Assembly (NCBI GenBank): GCA_040261535.1
Contig: JBDQNU010000008.1
Coordinates: 8,322-72,321 of the forward strand
Length of the DNA: 64,000 nucleotides
Direction of reading: 5' to 3'
Source: Poseidonia sp.
GTDB taxonomy: Archaea; Thermoplasmatota; Poseidoniia; Poseidoniales; Poseidoniaceae
In this document: in pieces, positions 1 through 8,654 of the stretch
Layout: each line of letters begins with the position of its first letter
How positions within the stretch are numbered: the first letter of the stretch is position 1
Notes under the pieces: generated by a model
What the model was told of the DNA's origin: nothing
Seen by the model: the letters and a program-made list of their open reading frames with translations, nothing else
The model's database searches: none
Made by a program: the position numbers and the translations under genes

Positions 1-123
1 ATCGGTGGACGCATGGGCCGGTCATACGGTGACATCCCCGGAGTTCGCTACAAAGTCATTCAAGTCAACGGCGTCTCGCTTGACGAGATGGTCCGAGGCC
101 GCAAGGAGAAACCTGTCCGCTGA
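1..123 (+). CDS. rps12: 30S ribosomal protein S12 (uS12), C-terminal fragment; 5' end lies outside the window
   Basis: Frame 1 from base 1 reads [40 protein letters not shown], then TGA at 121-123. This is the conserved C-terminus of archaeal-type S12, in the canonical S12-S7-EF2 order. Confidence 0.85.
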   Translation: MGGRMGRSYGDIPGVRYKVIQVNGVSLDEMVRGRKEKPVR

Positions 124-130
124 GGTGTAC

Positions 131-745
131 ATGATGAGCGACGAAGAATCCACTGTTGTTGAAGTCAAGCCCATTGCTGGGATCGGTACCAAGGTTTTCG
201 GAAAGTGGGATGCTTCCGAAGTCACCTGCCGTGATCCCGGACTTGCCCCCTACATCAACCTGACAACGGTCGGTGTGCCCCATACCGGTGGCCGACACGC
301 CAATGCATGGTTTGGAAAGTCCAAGCTCTCTGTGGTTGAGCGCTACATCAACAAACTCATGCGAACCGGTGCTTATACCGGTAAGAAAATGGGCGCTATG
401 AAGGCTTTCGAAGGCGCTTTGGACCACATTGCTGAGCGCTCGGGAAACAACCCTCTCCAAGTCTTTGTCGACGCCATCTGTTCGGCTGCTCCGATGGAAG
501 AAATTACCCGGATCAAGTTCGGTGCCGTCTCCCAGCCAAAGGCCGTTGACTCCTCGCCTTCTCGCCGCCTTGATGTCGCTCTCGCCAATCTAGCAAAAGG
601 CGCTCAGCAAGGAACGCACAAGTCCAAGCGCACCTTGCAGAGTTGCATCATCAACGAACTGACGAAGGCCAGCGAGGGTGACGTCACGTCCTACGCCGTG
701 AGCAAGAAGGAAGAACTTGAGCGCATCGCAGCCTCGGCTCGATGA
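131..745 (+). CDS. rps7: 30S ribosomal protein S7 (uS7)
   Basis: ORF 5..745 trimmed to ATG 131, which lies 8 nt after the S12 stop. The 204-aa product has segments typical of archaeal S7 (PHTGGRHANAWFGKSK, KFGAVSQPKAVDSSPSRRLDVAL, YAVSKKEELERIA). Synteny also fits. Confidence 0.9.
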   Translation: MMSDEESTVVEVKPIAGIGTKVFGKWDASEVTCRDPGLAPYINLTTVGVPHTGGRHANAWFGKSKLSVVERYINKLMRTGAYTGKKMGAMKAFEGALDHIAERSGNNPLQVFVDAICSAAPMEEITRIKFGAVSQPKAVDSSPSRRLDVALANLAKGAQQGTHKSKRTLQSCIINELTKASEGDVTSYAVSKKEELERIAASAR

Positions 746-959
746 AGCATCAGGCCTCGTTTTCTCGACGAAAGGCTTGCCTCGAATTCGTTGCACGTAG
801 CGCTTGCGGTTAGCGCCTGCGTGTTCACAGAGCCGTGAGCCATTTCTGAACGGCTGAGAGGGCCCAGTTCGCCTCCAGCGGAGCCTCTCGCGCATCTCTC
901 CAACGCGGCACTTAAGAACCCGGTTCAGGTGGGCAGAAACAACCGAACCGGTGGTATCC

Positions 960-3167
960 ATGGGACGTAAAGAAGACAACATCAAGAAGGCCACAGAAGT
1001 CATGCACATCCTTCCTCAAATCAGGAACTTGTGTATCGCCGCTCACATTGACCACGGAAAGACCACCCTCTCGGACAACCTCATCGCCGGTGCGGGCATG
1101 ATGTCCAACGAACTTGCAGGAGCCGCCCGTGTCCTTGACTTTGACGAGCAAGAATCCGCTCGTGGAATCACCATCAACGCAGCATCGGCCTCGATGGTCC
1201 ACGCCGTCGAAGGCACGGATTTCCTCATCAATCTCATCGATACGCCAGGTCACGTCGACTTTGGCGGTGACGTGACCCGTGCCATGCGTGCCGTTGACGG
1301 GTGTTTCATTCTTGCTTGCGCTGTTGAAGGACCCATGCCGCAAACCGAGACGGTGGTTCGCCAAGCCTTGAAGGAGAAGGTGAAGCCCGTTTTGTTCATC
1401 AACAAGGTGGACCGCCTCATCAACGAGTTGCAAGTAACTCCCGAAGACATGATGGCCCGGTTTACCGAGACCATCAAAAAGGTCAACAAACTCATCAAGC
1501 AATTCGCTCCTGAGAACAAAAAGAAAGATTGGCAAGTGTCCGTCCAAGACGGAACGGTGGCCTTCGGTTCAGCCTACCACAACTGGGGGATTACGGTCCC
1601 TTACATGGCGAAATCGGGGATTTCCTTCAAGGAAATTTTCGAGTACTGCAACAACGAGGATCAAAAGACGCTTGCTCAGAAAGCACCCGTTCACGAAGTC
1701 CTTCTCGACATGGCCGTGACCAAGCTCCCCGGCCCCACCGAGGCTCAAAAGTACCGCATTCCCAACATTTGGACCGGGGACCTCGATTCCGAAATTGGCC
1801 AAGCCATGATGAATTGCGACCCCAATGCCGAACTCGCCATGATGGTCACGAAGATTTGGATGGACCCGCATGCTGGAGAGGTCGCTGTCGGCCGAGTGTA
1901 CTCGGGTGCCATCAACCAAGGTGAATCGGTGTACGCCATTGGCGCCGCCAAATCCGAGCGTGTTCAGCAAGTTGCCATGATGGTCGGCGGTGACCGAATC
2001 ACTGTCCCGAAGGTGGTTGCTGGAAACATCGCTGCCGTCACCGGTATTCGTTCTGCCGCAGCCGGTGTGACGTTGTCCAGGGACAAGGACTTCACGCCGT
2101 TTGAGGCGATTCGCCACTACTCCGACCCGGTTGTTACCGTTGCTGTTGAACCCAAGAGCATGAAAGACCTCCCCAAGTTCATTGACGCCCTTCGCTCTCT
2201 CGCCAAGGCCGACGCTTCGCTGCAAGTTACCACCAACCAAGAAACGGGTGAGGCTCTGCTCGCAGGCATGGGTGAACTCCACTTGGAAATCACCGTCTAC
2301 CGTATTGAAGAAGAGCAGAACATCAAGGTCAAAGTGAGCCCGCCCATTGTGGTCTATCGAGAAGGAATCCAAGGGTCCAACCGTGGAAACGCCTTCGAAG
2401 GGAAATCTCCAAACCGCCACAACCGATTCTTCTTCGAGATCGAAGCCCTCCCGGTCGAGGTCGTTGATGCCTTGCGGGCTGGCGAACTCGGCGACGGACC
2501 TGTTCGCAACAGCGACTCGAAGGAAGTTGGAAACAAGTTTGGCGAATACGGCATGGACAAGGATGTCATGAGGAAAATCTACGCCATCAACGGTACCAAT
2601 GTTCTTGTCAACGATACCAAGGGTATCCAGAACCTTCACGAAACCCGTGAACTCATCATCGAGGCGTTCAAAGAAGTCTGTGTCAAAGGCCCAATCGCCG
2701 ACGAGCCCGTCCAAGGAATGTTTGTTCGTCTTGTCGATGCGAAGTTGCACGAAGACGCCATTCACCGCGGACCTGCCCAGACCATCCCCGCCGTTCGTAA
2801 CGGCATCAAAGGGGCCATGATGCGGGCTCGCACCGTCCTGCTTGAACCCATGCAGAAGGCCTTCATTTCCGTACCCAACGACTGGCTCGGTCAAGTGACG
2901 CGTGAGGTGACGACCCGTCGTGGCATCATCGAAGACATGCCCTCTGAAGGCAACGTGACCACCGTGGTTGGTGTCATCCCGATCGCCGAGACCTTTGGTT
3001 TCTCCAACGACATTCGAGCAGCCTCTCAAGGTCGTGCCGTTTGGAACACGGAAAACCTTGGATTTGAGATTCTTCCACCGCAACTTTTCGACAAGGTTGT
3101 CGGAGAAATCCGCCAGCGCAAGGGCCTCAAGCCTGAGCCCAACCCCGAATCCTACTACGCCGATTGA
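960..3167 (+). CDS. fusA: translation elongation factor 2 (aEF-2)
   Basis: GTPase motifs AHIDHGKTT, DTPGHVDF and NKVDR are present, with a diphthamide-loop-like HRGPAQ. Length is about 735 aa. ATG 960 is preferred over the in-frame GTG 951. Confidence 0.95.
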   Translation: MGRKEDNIKKATEVMHILPQIRNLCIAAHIDHGKTTLSDNLIAGAGMMSNELAGAARVLDFDEQESARGITINAASASMVHAVEGTDFLINLIDTPGHVDFGGDVTRAMRAVDGCFILACAVEGPMPQTETVVRQALKEKVKPVLFINKVDRLINELQVTPEDMMARFTETIKKVNKLIKQFAPENKKKDWQVSVQDGTVAFGSAYHNWGITVPYMAKSGISFKEIFEYCNNEDQKTLAQKAPVHEVLLDMAVTKLPGPTEAQKYRIPNIWTGDLDSEIGQAMMNCDPNAELAMMVTKIWMDPHAGEVAVGRVYSGAINQGESVYAIGAAKSERVQQVAMMVGGDRITVPKVVAGNIAAVTGIRSAAAGVTLSRDKDFTPFEAIRHYSDPVVTVAVEPKSMKDLPKFIDALRSLAKADASLQVTTNQETGEALLAGMGELHLEITVYRIEEEQNIKVKVSPPIVVYREGIQGSNRGNAFEGKSPNRHNRFFFEIEALPVEVVDALRAGELGDGPVRNSDSKEVGNKFGEYGMDKDVMRKIYAINGTNVLVNDTKGIQNLHETRELIIEAFKEVCVKGPIADEPVQGMFVRLVDAKLHEDAIHRGPAQTIPAVRNGIKGAMMRARTVLLEPMQKAFISVPNDWLGQVTREVTTRRGIIEDMPSEGNVTTVVGVIPIAETFGFSNDIRAASQGRAVWNTENLGFEILPPQLFDKVVGEIRQRKGLKPEPNPESYYAD

Positions 3168-3177
3168 GGTCTCCAAC

Positions 3178-3639
3178 ATGGTGGCGAAGGCGGTTGGCCT
3201 TCATGTCAATCCGCAAGGTGGTGTGCCCAAGTACCCTGTTGATTATCTCGTCGTGCAGGTGAACGGTTGTGCCGGTGATAAACAACGTGACACGCGCCAC
3301 CATGGCGGACCGGACCGAGCCGTTTGCCTTCTTCTGACTTCGGTGATGGAACAGCTTCAAGCCGACGGCCATCCCATTGAGGCAGGCTCGACCGGAGAGA
3401 ACCTCCTCATCGACGGACTCCCGCCGGAATCTTTGCACGTTGGTCGGCGTTTACGCATCGGGGACGTTGTTTTGGAACTCACCAGCGACGCACCGCCTTG
3501 CAAAACCATTGTTTCATCGTTTGAAAACGGCATGTTTCGAGCGTTAAGTCACAAGCAGATCCCCGGACAAACTCGGTGGTACGCACGGGTTCTGGTTGAA
3601 GGGACCGTTCGCTTGGACGACGCTGTGCACCTTCAGTGA
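3178..3639 (+). CDS. MOSC domain-containing protein
   Basis: ORF 2968..3639 trimmed to ATG 3178, just after the EF-2 stop. The 153-aa product has MOSC-like elements (HGGPDRAVCLL, GENLLIDGL, PCKTI). Confidence 0.6.
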   Translation: MVAKAVGLHVNPQGGVPKYPVDYLVVQVNGCAGDKQRDTRHHGGPDRAVCLLLTSVMEQLQADGHPIEAGSTGENLLIDGLPPESLHVGRRLRIGDVVLELTSDAPPCKTIVSSFENGMFRALSHKQIPGQTRWYARVLVEGTVRLDDAVHLQ

Positions 3640-5384
3640 AGTCTTGCGAGTTGGAAGTCGGTCAACTCCCGCAGGGCAACCAAAGCAGGCCCGTCGTCGA
3701 TTCGGTCAAGACATGCATGCGCTTGCGTGTGGAAGGCCTCCGCCATTTCCCGAGCGTATTTGACGGAACCCAATTCCTGAAGGGCTTGCAGGCCGTCGCT
3801 CAGGGCTTCTTGTCCAACCGCCTCGCCTTTTCCAAGGACGGCCAGAAGCCGGTCTTTGACCGGTCCTTCGGGCTGACGAAGAGCGTGAATGACCATCAGT
3901 GTGCGTTTTCCTTGAGCAATGTCGGAGCCTGCAGGCTTGCCCAAGGTTTCCGAATCCGAGAGAACATCGATGATATCGTCCATCAGTTGGAAGCAGAGGC
4001 CGACGGCTTTCCCCCAATCGGCCATCAATTGGACGGTTTCCTCATCAGCGCCCGAAATACGGGCTCCGATTTCAGCACAAATCAAGAACATGACCGCGGT
4101 TTTTCCTTCGATCATTTCCAAGTATTCATCTTCGGATACGCCAATCCGGTCTTCAAATTCAATGTCCAATTGCTGGCCTTCGCTCACTCGTCGGACCATC
4201 CATGCGATGCGGTTCACCAGCGGTGCGACATCGGTTGGCTCAAGATTCTCCGCCTGGACGAGCCGTTCAAAGGCAATCGCGAGCATGGCGTCACCCGCAT
4301 TGATCGCCGTGGGCATGCCGTATTCCACGTGAACGGCGTTTCTTCCACGCCGAACTTCGTCGTCGTCCATGATGTCATCGTGGACCAGCGTGAAATTATG
4401 AACGGTTTCAATGGCCGCTCCAATGTCGAGAAGACCTGAATGGGCTTCACCAACAGCCTTTGCAATGAGCCAAGGTAGCGTGGCCCGCATGCGTTTACCA
4501 CCGCCCTCGATGAGGTGCATCATGGCGTTGCCCAACCGTTCATGGCGCGACGCCCGTAAGCTTGATTCAATCCTCGCTTCAATGAGCGGCTTGACCTCCA
4601 TGATGGAGGTGAGCAAATCAGCCCCTTCAGCGCCGGGGAGCATGTGGCTGATGTCGCCCATGTCGTGGATTTTGTCATCGGCCAGTTCGGCAAGTTTGGT
4701 GGAATCGGCGTGATGACGCCACCAATCTTTGGTCATGATGCGGGCTGCGATGGAACGGAACCACGGGGCTACGGCGTTTTCGGGTTGGCGTTCTTCAATG
4801 AGCATGGCTTCCAGTGCTTCGTGGTCAACCCACATCACCTCCGCCACCTCGTTTGGATTGGGGTTCAATTCAACATCGGCCGTCATGACCATGATGTGAT
4901 CGATTTCTCGTTCAATCCATTCGGCATTCATCCGGGATGCATACCGCATTTTGGTCATGAAGGTCATGTCGTCTTCGGAGACTTGGGAGGGAGGAATTCC
5001 CAGTTCTTGTTCCAATTTTCGAACGGCGGCCCGCTTCACGCCCATGGCATTTTCCTCGTCCAATTCGGCCTCTGCGTGGAGCGGATGGGAGCAGCATGCA
5101 TTGGCCCAAACACCGGGGAACGTGACTTTGTCCATCGAGCGACGTTGCAACAACATTTCGCCTTTTGAGTTGAACAACAGCAAACTGAACGCACGATGGA
5201 ATGCACCGGGCCCTCGGTGCGCTTCCAATTTCGACAGCGATCCAAGAACCTCATCCCGTTCATTCACCTGAATGACCGCTTCGGCCATGAGTGCAACCTG
5301 GGCTTCATCCTGGCTTACGAGCGACGAGCGCTCGGCATCGGACAATTCAACACGCGGAACATCCTCAATGCTGTATCCCGCCAT
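3633..5384 (-). CDS. fusion protein: type-1 isopentenyl-diphosphate delta-isomerase (Nudix) plus geranylgeranyl/polyprenyl diphosphate synthase
   Basis: The N-terminal ~230 aa carry IDI-1 signatures (WANACCSHPL, EWIEREIDHIMV). The C-terminal ~340 aa carry trans-prenyltransferase motifs: first Asp-rich LVHDDIMDDDEVRRGR, second Asp-rich FQLMDDIIDV, and GKPAGSDIAQGKRT. It is one uninterrupted 583-aa ORF. Confidence 0.85.
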   Translation of the reverse strand: MAGYSIEDVPRVELSDAERSSLVSQDEAQVALMAEAVIQVNERDEVLGSLSKLEAHRGPGAFHRAFSLLLFNSKGEMLLQRRSMDKVTFPGVWANACCSHPLHAEAELDEENAMGVKRAAVRKLEQELGIPPSQVSEDDMTFMTKMRYASRMNAEWIEREIDHIMVMTADVELNPNPNEVAEVMWVDHEALEAMLIEERQPENAVAPWFRSIAARIMTKDWWRHHADSTKLAELADDKIHDMGDISHMLPGAEGADLLTSIMEVKPLIEARIESSLRASRHERLGNAMMHLIEGGGKRMRATLPWLIAKAVGEAHSGLLDIGAAIETVHNFTLVHDDIMDDDEVRRGRNAVHVEYGMPTAINAGDAMLAIAFERLVQAENLEPTDVAPLVNRIAWMVRRVSEGQQLDIEFEDRIGVSEDEYLEMIEGKTAVMFLICAEIGARISGADEETVQLMADWGKAVGLCFQLMDDIIDVLSDSETLGKPAGSDIAQGKRTLMVIHALRQPEGPVKDRLLAVLGKGEAVGQEALSDGLQALQELGSVKYAREMAEAFHTQAHACLDRIDDGPALVALRELTDFQLARLH

Positions 5385-5438
5385 TGTTTCACCGACCGGA
5401 CGTGGTCGCGGAGGATAAATGAAGAGTTCTCCTTCATT

Positions 5439-6248
5439 TCATGCTACCAATGTCGTGCCTCGGACCGGATGTCCAAGACAAGCACCAGCAACCCGCTCCT
5501 CGGTCTCACCGCTTACCAAGACGACTTGCACACCGTGATCGAGCACGCGGAATCCTCGTTCAACCTTCAACCCGATGCCGCCGGTAACGTCGATTTCTGA
5601 AGCATGGTCGCCTTCGAAGACTTGTTTTTTGTTCAGGGTTTTCAAGAGGTTTTGTTCCTTATCCGGTTGAGGGGGCTCCGCCAAAACGCCATCAACTCCG
5701 CCCATTGCGAAGACGAGGCGTTTCACTCGTGGTAATTCTATGGCGAGCCGAACGACCAGGTCGTCCCCGGAGAGAATACCAAACTCCGAGTCGCCATCGC
5801 ACTCAACAACATCCCCGTACGTCACGAGAACGATCCCCGGAGGGGCACCCTCGAACAACGAGAGATCACCGTCAAAATTGGGTCCCGTGTTGCGTGCCCA
5901 TTGATGGGGTGGAAGCGTCACGGCACTGATGTCTCGCTTGGTGAGGGCCTTCATCACGTGCTCGTTGAGGTCGAGCATATCTTGGCGCACTTCTTCGACG
6001 GCTTCGTCTTGGGTCAGTTCGCCTTCGATGCCCTGAGCATCGACACGCCCCTCCGCAAGGCGGTATTGTTTTGCTTTCAGATGGCCGAACGAACCTGCCC
6101 CGTGAACGAGGATCACGTCCATTTCATTGTCCAAGCACGCCTCGAGTTGTTCAGCAAGGTTGTCAAGAACGTCGGTACGGACCGTCTTCAACGCTGCCTT
6201 GTCGGTGATGAGGCCACCGCCCCACTTGATGACGACGCGTTCCCGCAT
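5439..6248 (-). CDS. ipk: isopentenyl phosphate kinase (amino-acid-kinase fold)
   Basis: ORF 5439..6365 trimmed to the Met giving MRERVVIKWGGGLITDK. The HGAGSFGH motif and an ILSGDD segment are present. Length is 269 aa. It sits next to the IDI-GGPPS gene. Confidence 0.8.
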   Translation of the reverse strand: MRERVVIKWGGGLITDKAALKTVRTDVLDNLAEQLEACLDNEMDVILVHGAGSFGHLKAKQYRLAEGRVDAQGIEGELTQDEAVEEVRQDMLDLNEHVMKALTKRDISAVTLPPHQWARNTGPNFDGDLSLFEGAPPGIVLVTYGDVVECDGDSEFGILSGDDLVVRLAIELPRVKRLVFAMGGVDGVLAEPPQPDKEQNLLKTLNKKQVFEGDHASEIDVTGGIGLKVERGFRVLDHGVQVVLVSGETEERVAGACLGHPVRGTTLVA

Positions 6249-6333
6249 GACCTTGCGAAGGAATCGGGCATGATGAGGATGCCGTTTTTTTGTGGAGCAA
6301 GGATTCATGAGGCATCGTGGTTCAGCGAGATGC

Positions 6334-6669
6334 ATGAGCGAAGAGCCAACCGTAGACGCTTTCATGCGTCATTTGCAAGTTTGCCTTGAAGAGGCACGAA
6401 CCATTGCAGACGGGAAAGAGCGACAGGAACGTTGCTGGCAGTTGGAATCCGCGCTTCAAGAAGCCATCATTTACAAAAATCGAATCGAGGAACTGCAACG
6501 TCATGGTCTCGATCCCGTTCGGCTTGTGGAGGCAGACGGTGTCAATACACCTGCGCCGGCTCCGAAAAAAGTAGAGGCTCTCATGTCCGGTCATGCCCAT
6601 TGCGGAACCTGCAGGGCTGTTTTGGAGCCCGATTTGGCGTTCTGCCCCGCTTGCGGTGCAGAAAAGTAA
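6334..6669 (+). CDS. hypothetical protein with C-terminal zinc ribbon
   Basis: The ORF ends HCGTCRAVLEPDLAFCPACGAEK (CxxC-x11-CxxC). A coiled-coil-like segment lies in the middle. The start (ATG 6334 versus 6292) is uncertain. No family recognised. Confidence 0.45.
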   Translation: MSEEPTVDAFMRHLQVCLEEARTIADGKERQERCWQLESALQEAIIYKNRIEELQRHGLDPVRLVEADGVNTPAPAPKKVEALMSGHAHCGTCRAVLEPDLAFCPACGAEK

Positions 6670-6675
6670 GGGGCT

Positions 6676-7374
6676 TCACTCTTCTTCTTCACGAATCCAC
6701 TCCTCGATGACCTCGAGGATGAGTGGGTCTTCAGCATCGACTTGGTAGAGGTACTCTCCGGGGACTTCGTCGGTCAAGAAAACCGTCGTTCCAGCGCGAT
6801 AAATGGTGTGGCCGTCGGCGATGGCCCGAACGGTGTCGACTTCCAGAATAGCCGGGCGGTCAATACGAACGTGGCCGGCTTCCATGGCGTTTTGGATTGA
6901 ACGGGAAAGATGGACGTTCTTTCGGTCGCCCGAAGTGATGCCGTATTCGAGCATGGTGGGAACCTCCTCCGGTTCACACGGATAGAACAGGGCTTCGGGA
7001 ATGTCGTCCGTGGGCAAATCGAGGTCCAACTCAATGGAATGCCCGTAGGTTGCACGAATCATGCCGTTTTCAACCTGGTATCGTCCTTTCTCATCGGCAT
7101 TCGCAATTGCCTCGAAGTGCCATCCGCGCAGCCAGTGGTAGTGGCGGCGTTGGTTGCCGATAGCCTCCGAGAGTTCACGGGTGTTGACCCAGCCGTTGAT
7201 GTCCATGTCAACGTTGAATTTCTCTGGGGCGTGGCGCAGAACCAAGGCCAGCATACGACCAAGCGAGTTAGCTTCACGGTCGCTCATGATGAATTTCCCT
7301 TCATCGTTGCAAACCGCACAGTTGGTTCCTGAAAAGTGTCCATGGCTTCGGCATTGGCGTAGCATGTTGTCCAT
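6676..7374 (-). CDS. kptA: RNA 2'-phosphotransferase (Tpt1/KptA family)
   Basis: LGRMLALVLRHAPEKFNVDMDINGWV, RYQVENGMIRATYGHS, NVHLS and TIYRAG segments match the Tpt1/KptA HxS and HLS architecture. There is an extra Cys/His-rich N-terminus (CRSHGHFSGTNCAVC). Confidence 0.8.
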   Translation of the reverse strand: MDNMLRQCRSHGHFSGTNCAVCNDEGKFIMSDREANSLGRMLALVLRHAPEKFNVDMDINGWVNTRELSEAIGNQRRHYHWLRGWHFEAIANADEKGRYQVENGMIRATYGHSIELDLDLPTDDIPEALFYPCEPEEVPTMLEYGITSGDRKNVHLSRSIQNAMEAGHVRIDRPAILEVDTVRAIADGHTIYRAGTTVFLTDEVPGEYLYQVDAEDPLILEVIEEWIREEEE

Positions 7375-7481
7375 GCGGGCGAGGCCTGTTCAAGAACCCT
7401 GCGGGTTGGAAGTCCGTTGAACATGATGAGCGTGGTCTTCTTCGCCGTGGGTATGAAATGCTGCCGATGGTTGCGTTGGTC

Positions 7482-8654
7482 ATGGTGGATGTTGCCGTTG
7501 TCGGCGCAGGTCAAACACGGTACGGTAACCACGACTTGGGCCTGAAGGGGATGTGGGCGGAAGCCGCACGAAGTGCCTTTGCCAGCGTTGACGGCGACTT
7601 CGATGCGAAGATGGTCGACGAGGCATACATCGGCAGTTTGGCTTTCGGCGGTGCCCAACTCGGCAACACTGCGGCCCTGTTGACAGAACATTCTGACATG
7701 GAGGGTCTCCCCGTTCGAAGAGTCGAAAATGCCTGCGCGTCTTCGGGTTTTGCATTTCGGGATGCGTGGATGGCGATCAAAAGCGGTCAGGCCGATGTCG
7801 TGGTCGCCGGTGGTATCGAAAAAATGAATGATCTGACTCCTGAGAGGAGGCGGTATTGGCTGGGCGTTTCCGGAGACACGGAATGGGAGCGACTTGCTGG
7901 GCTCACGTTTCCGGGTACATATGCCCTCATGGCCCGTCGTTATTTCCATGAATTTGACGCAACCCACGACGATTTGGTCCATGTGAGCGTCAAAAACCAT
8001 CTTCACGGTTCGCTCAACCCACTCGCCCACATCCAAAAGGAGGTGGCGTTTGAAAAAGCGGCTTCTGGCTTCATGGTTGCTGACCCGCTCACGCTCTACG
8101 ATTGTTGTCCAACATCGGACGGAGCCTCATGCGTTGTCTTGGCTGCAGACCATGTCGCAAAGCGGATGACGGACACACCCGTTTGGGTTCGGGGGTCCGG
8201 TGCTGCCTCCGACCATCTGGCTCTTCACGACCGTCCATCCATCACCCAACTCAAAGCCACCCAAACGGCAGGACGAAAAGCCTACGAAATGGCGAACTTG
8301 ACACCCCGAGACATTGATCTTGCCGAAGTTCATGACTGCTTTACCATCGCTGAAGTTCTCGCAACCGAAGACCTCGGATTCGCTCAACGAGGAGAAGGAG
8401 GGCGCTTCGCTCGCGAAGGCCAAGGCATCATCAATCAAGGAAGCGTGGCGGTGAACGCCAGCGGGGGGCTCAAGTCCAAAGGCCATCCACTCGGAGCAAC
8501 CGGAACCGGCCAAGTGGTTGAGGTTTTCAAACAACTGCGAGGCCAAGTGGAATCTCAACGACAGGTGAAAGGTGCTGAAGTCGGATTGACCCACAACGTT
8601 GGGGGCTCGGGTGCCACGTGTGCCGTCCATGTGTTCGGGAGGGATCGGACATGA
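7482..8654 (+). CDS. acetyl-CoA C-acetyltransferase (archaeal thiolase, SCP-x-like)
   Basis: VAVVGAGQTRYG, the active-site Cys context VENACASSG, GHPLGATG and NVGGSG are all present. Start trimmed to MVDVAVVG. It lies in the mevalonate context. Confidence 0.85.
   Translation: MVDVAVVGAGQTRYGNHDLGLKGMWAEAARSAFASVDGDFDAKMVDEAYIGSLAFGGAQLGNTAALLTEHSDMEGLPVRRVENACASSGFAFRDAWMAIKSGQADVVVAGGIEKMNDLTPERRRYWLGVSGDTEWERLAGLTFPGTYALMARRYFHEFDATHDDLVHVSVKNHLHGSLNPLAHIQKEVAFEKAASGFMVADPLTLYDCCPTSDGASCVVLAADHVAKRMTDTPVWVRGSGAASDHLALHDRPSITQLKATQTAGRKAYEMANLTPRDIDLAEVHDCFTIAEVLATEDLGFAQRGEGGRFAREGQGIINQGSVAVNASGGLKSKGHPLGATGTGQVVEVFKQLRGQVESQRQVKGAEVGLTHNVGGSGATCAVHVFGRDRT

Noticed and set aside
1569-3179. 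A 536-aa minus-strand ORF, with smaller ones at 912..1547 and 590..1009
   Set aside because: It is entirely antisense to the unmistakable aEF-2 gene. The translation is low-complexity (G/V/R/H-rich) with no recognisable motifs. This is the typical shadow ORF of a GC-biased coding region.
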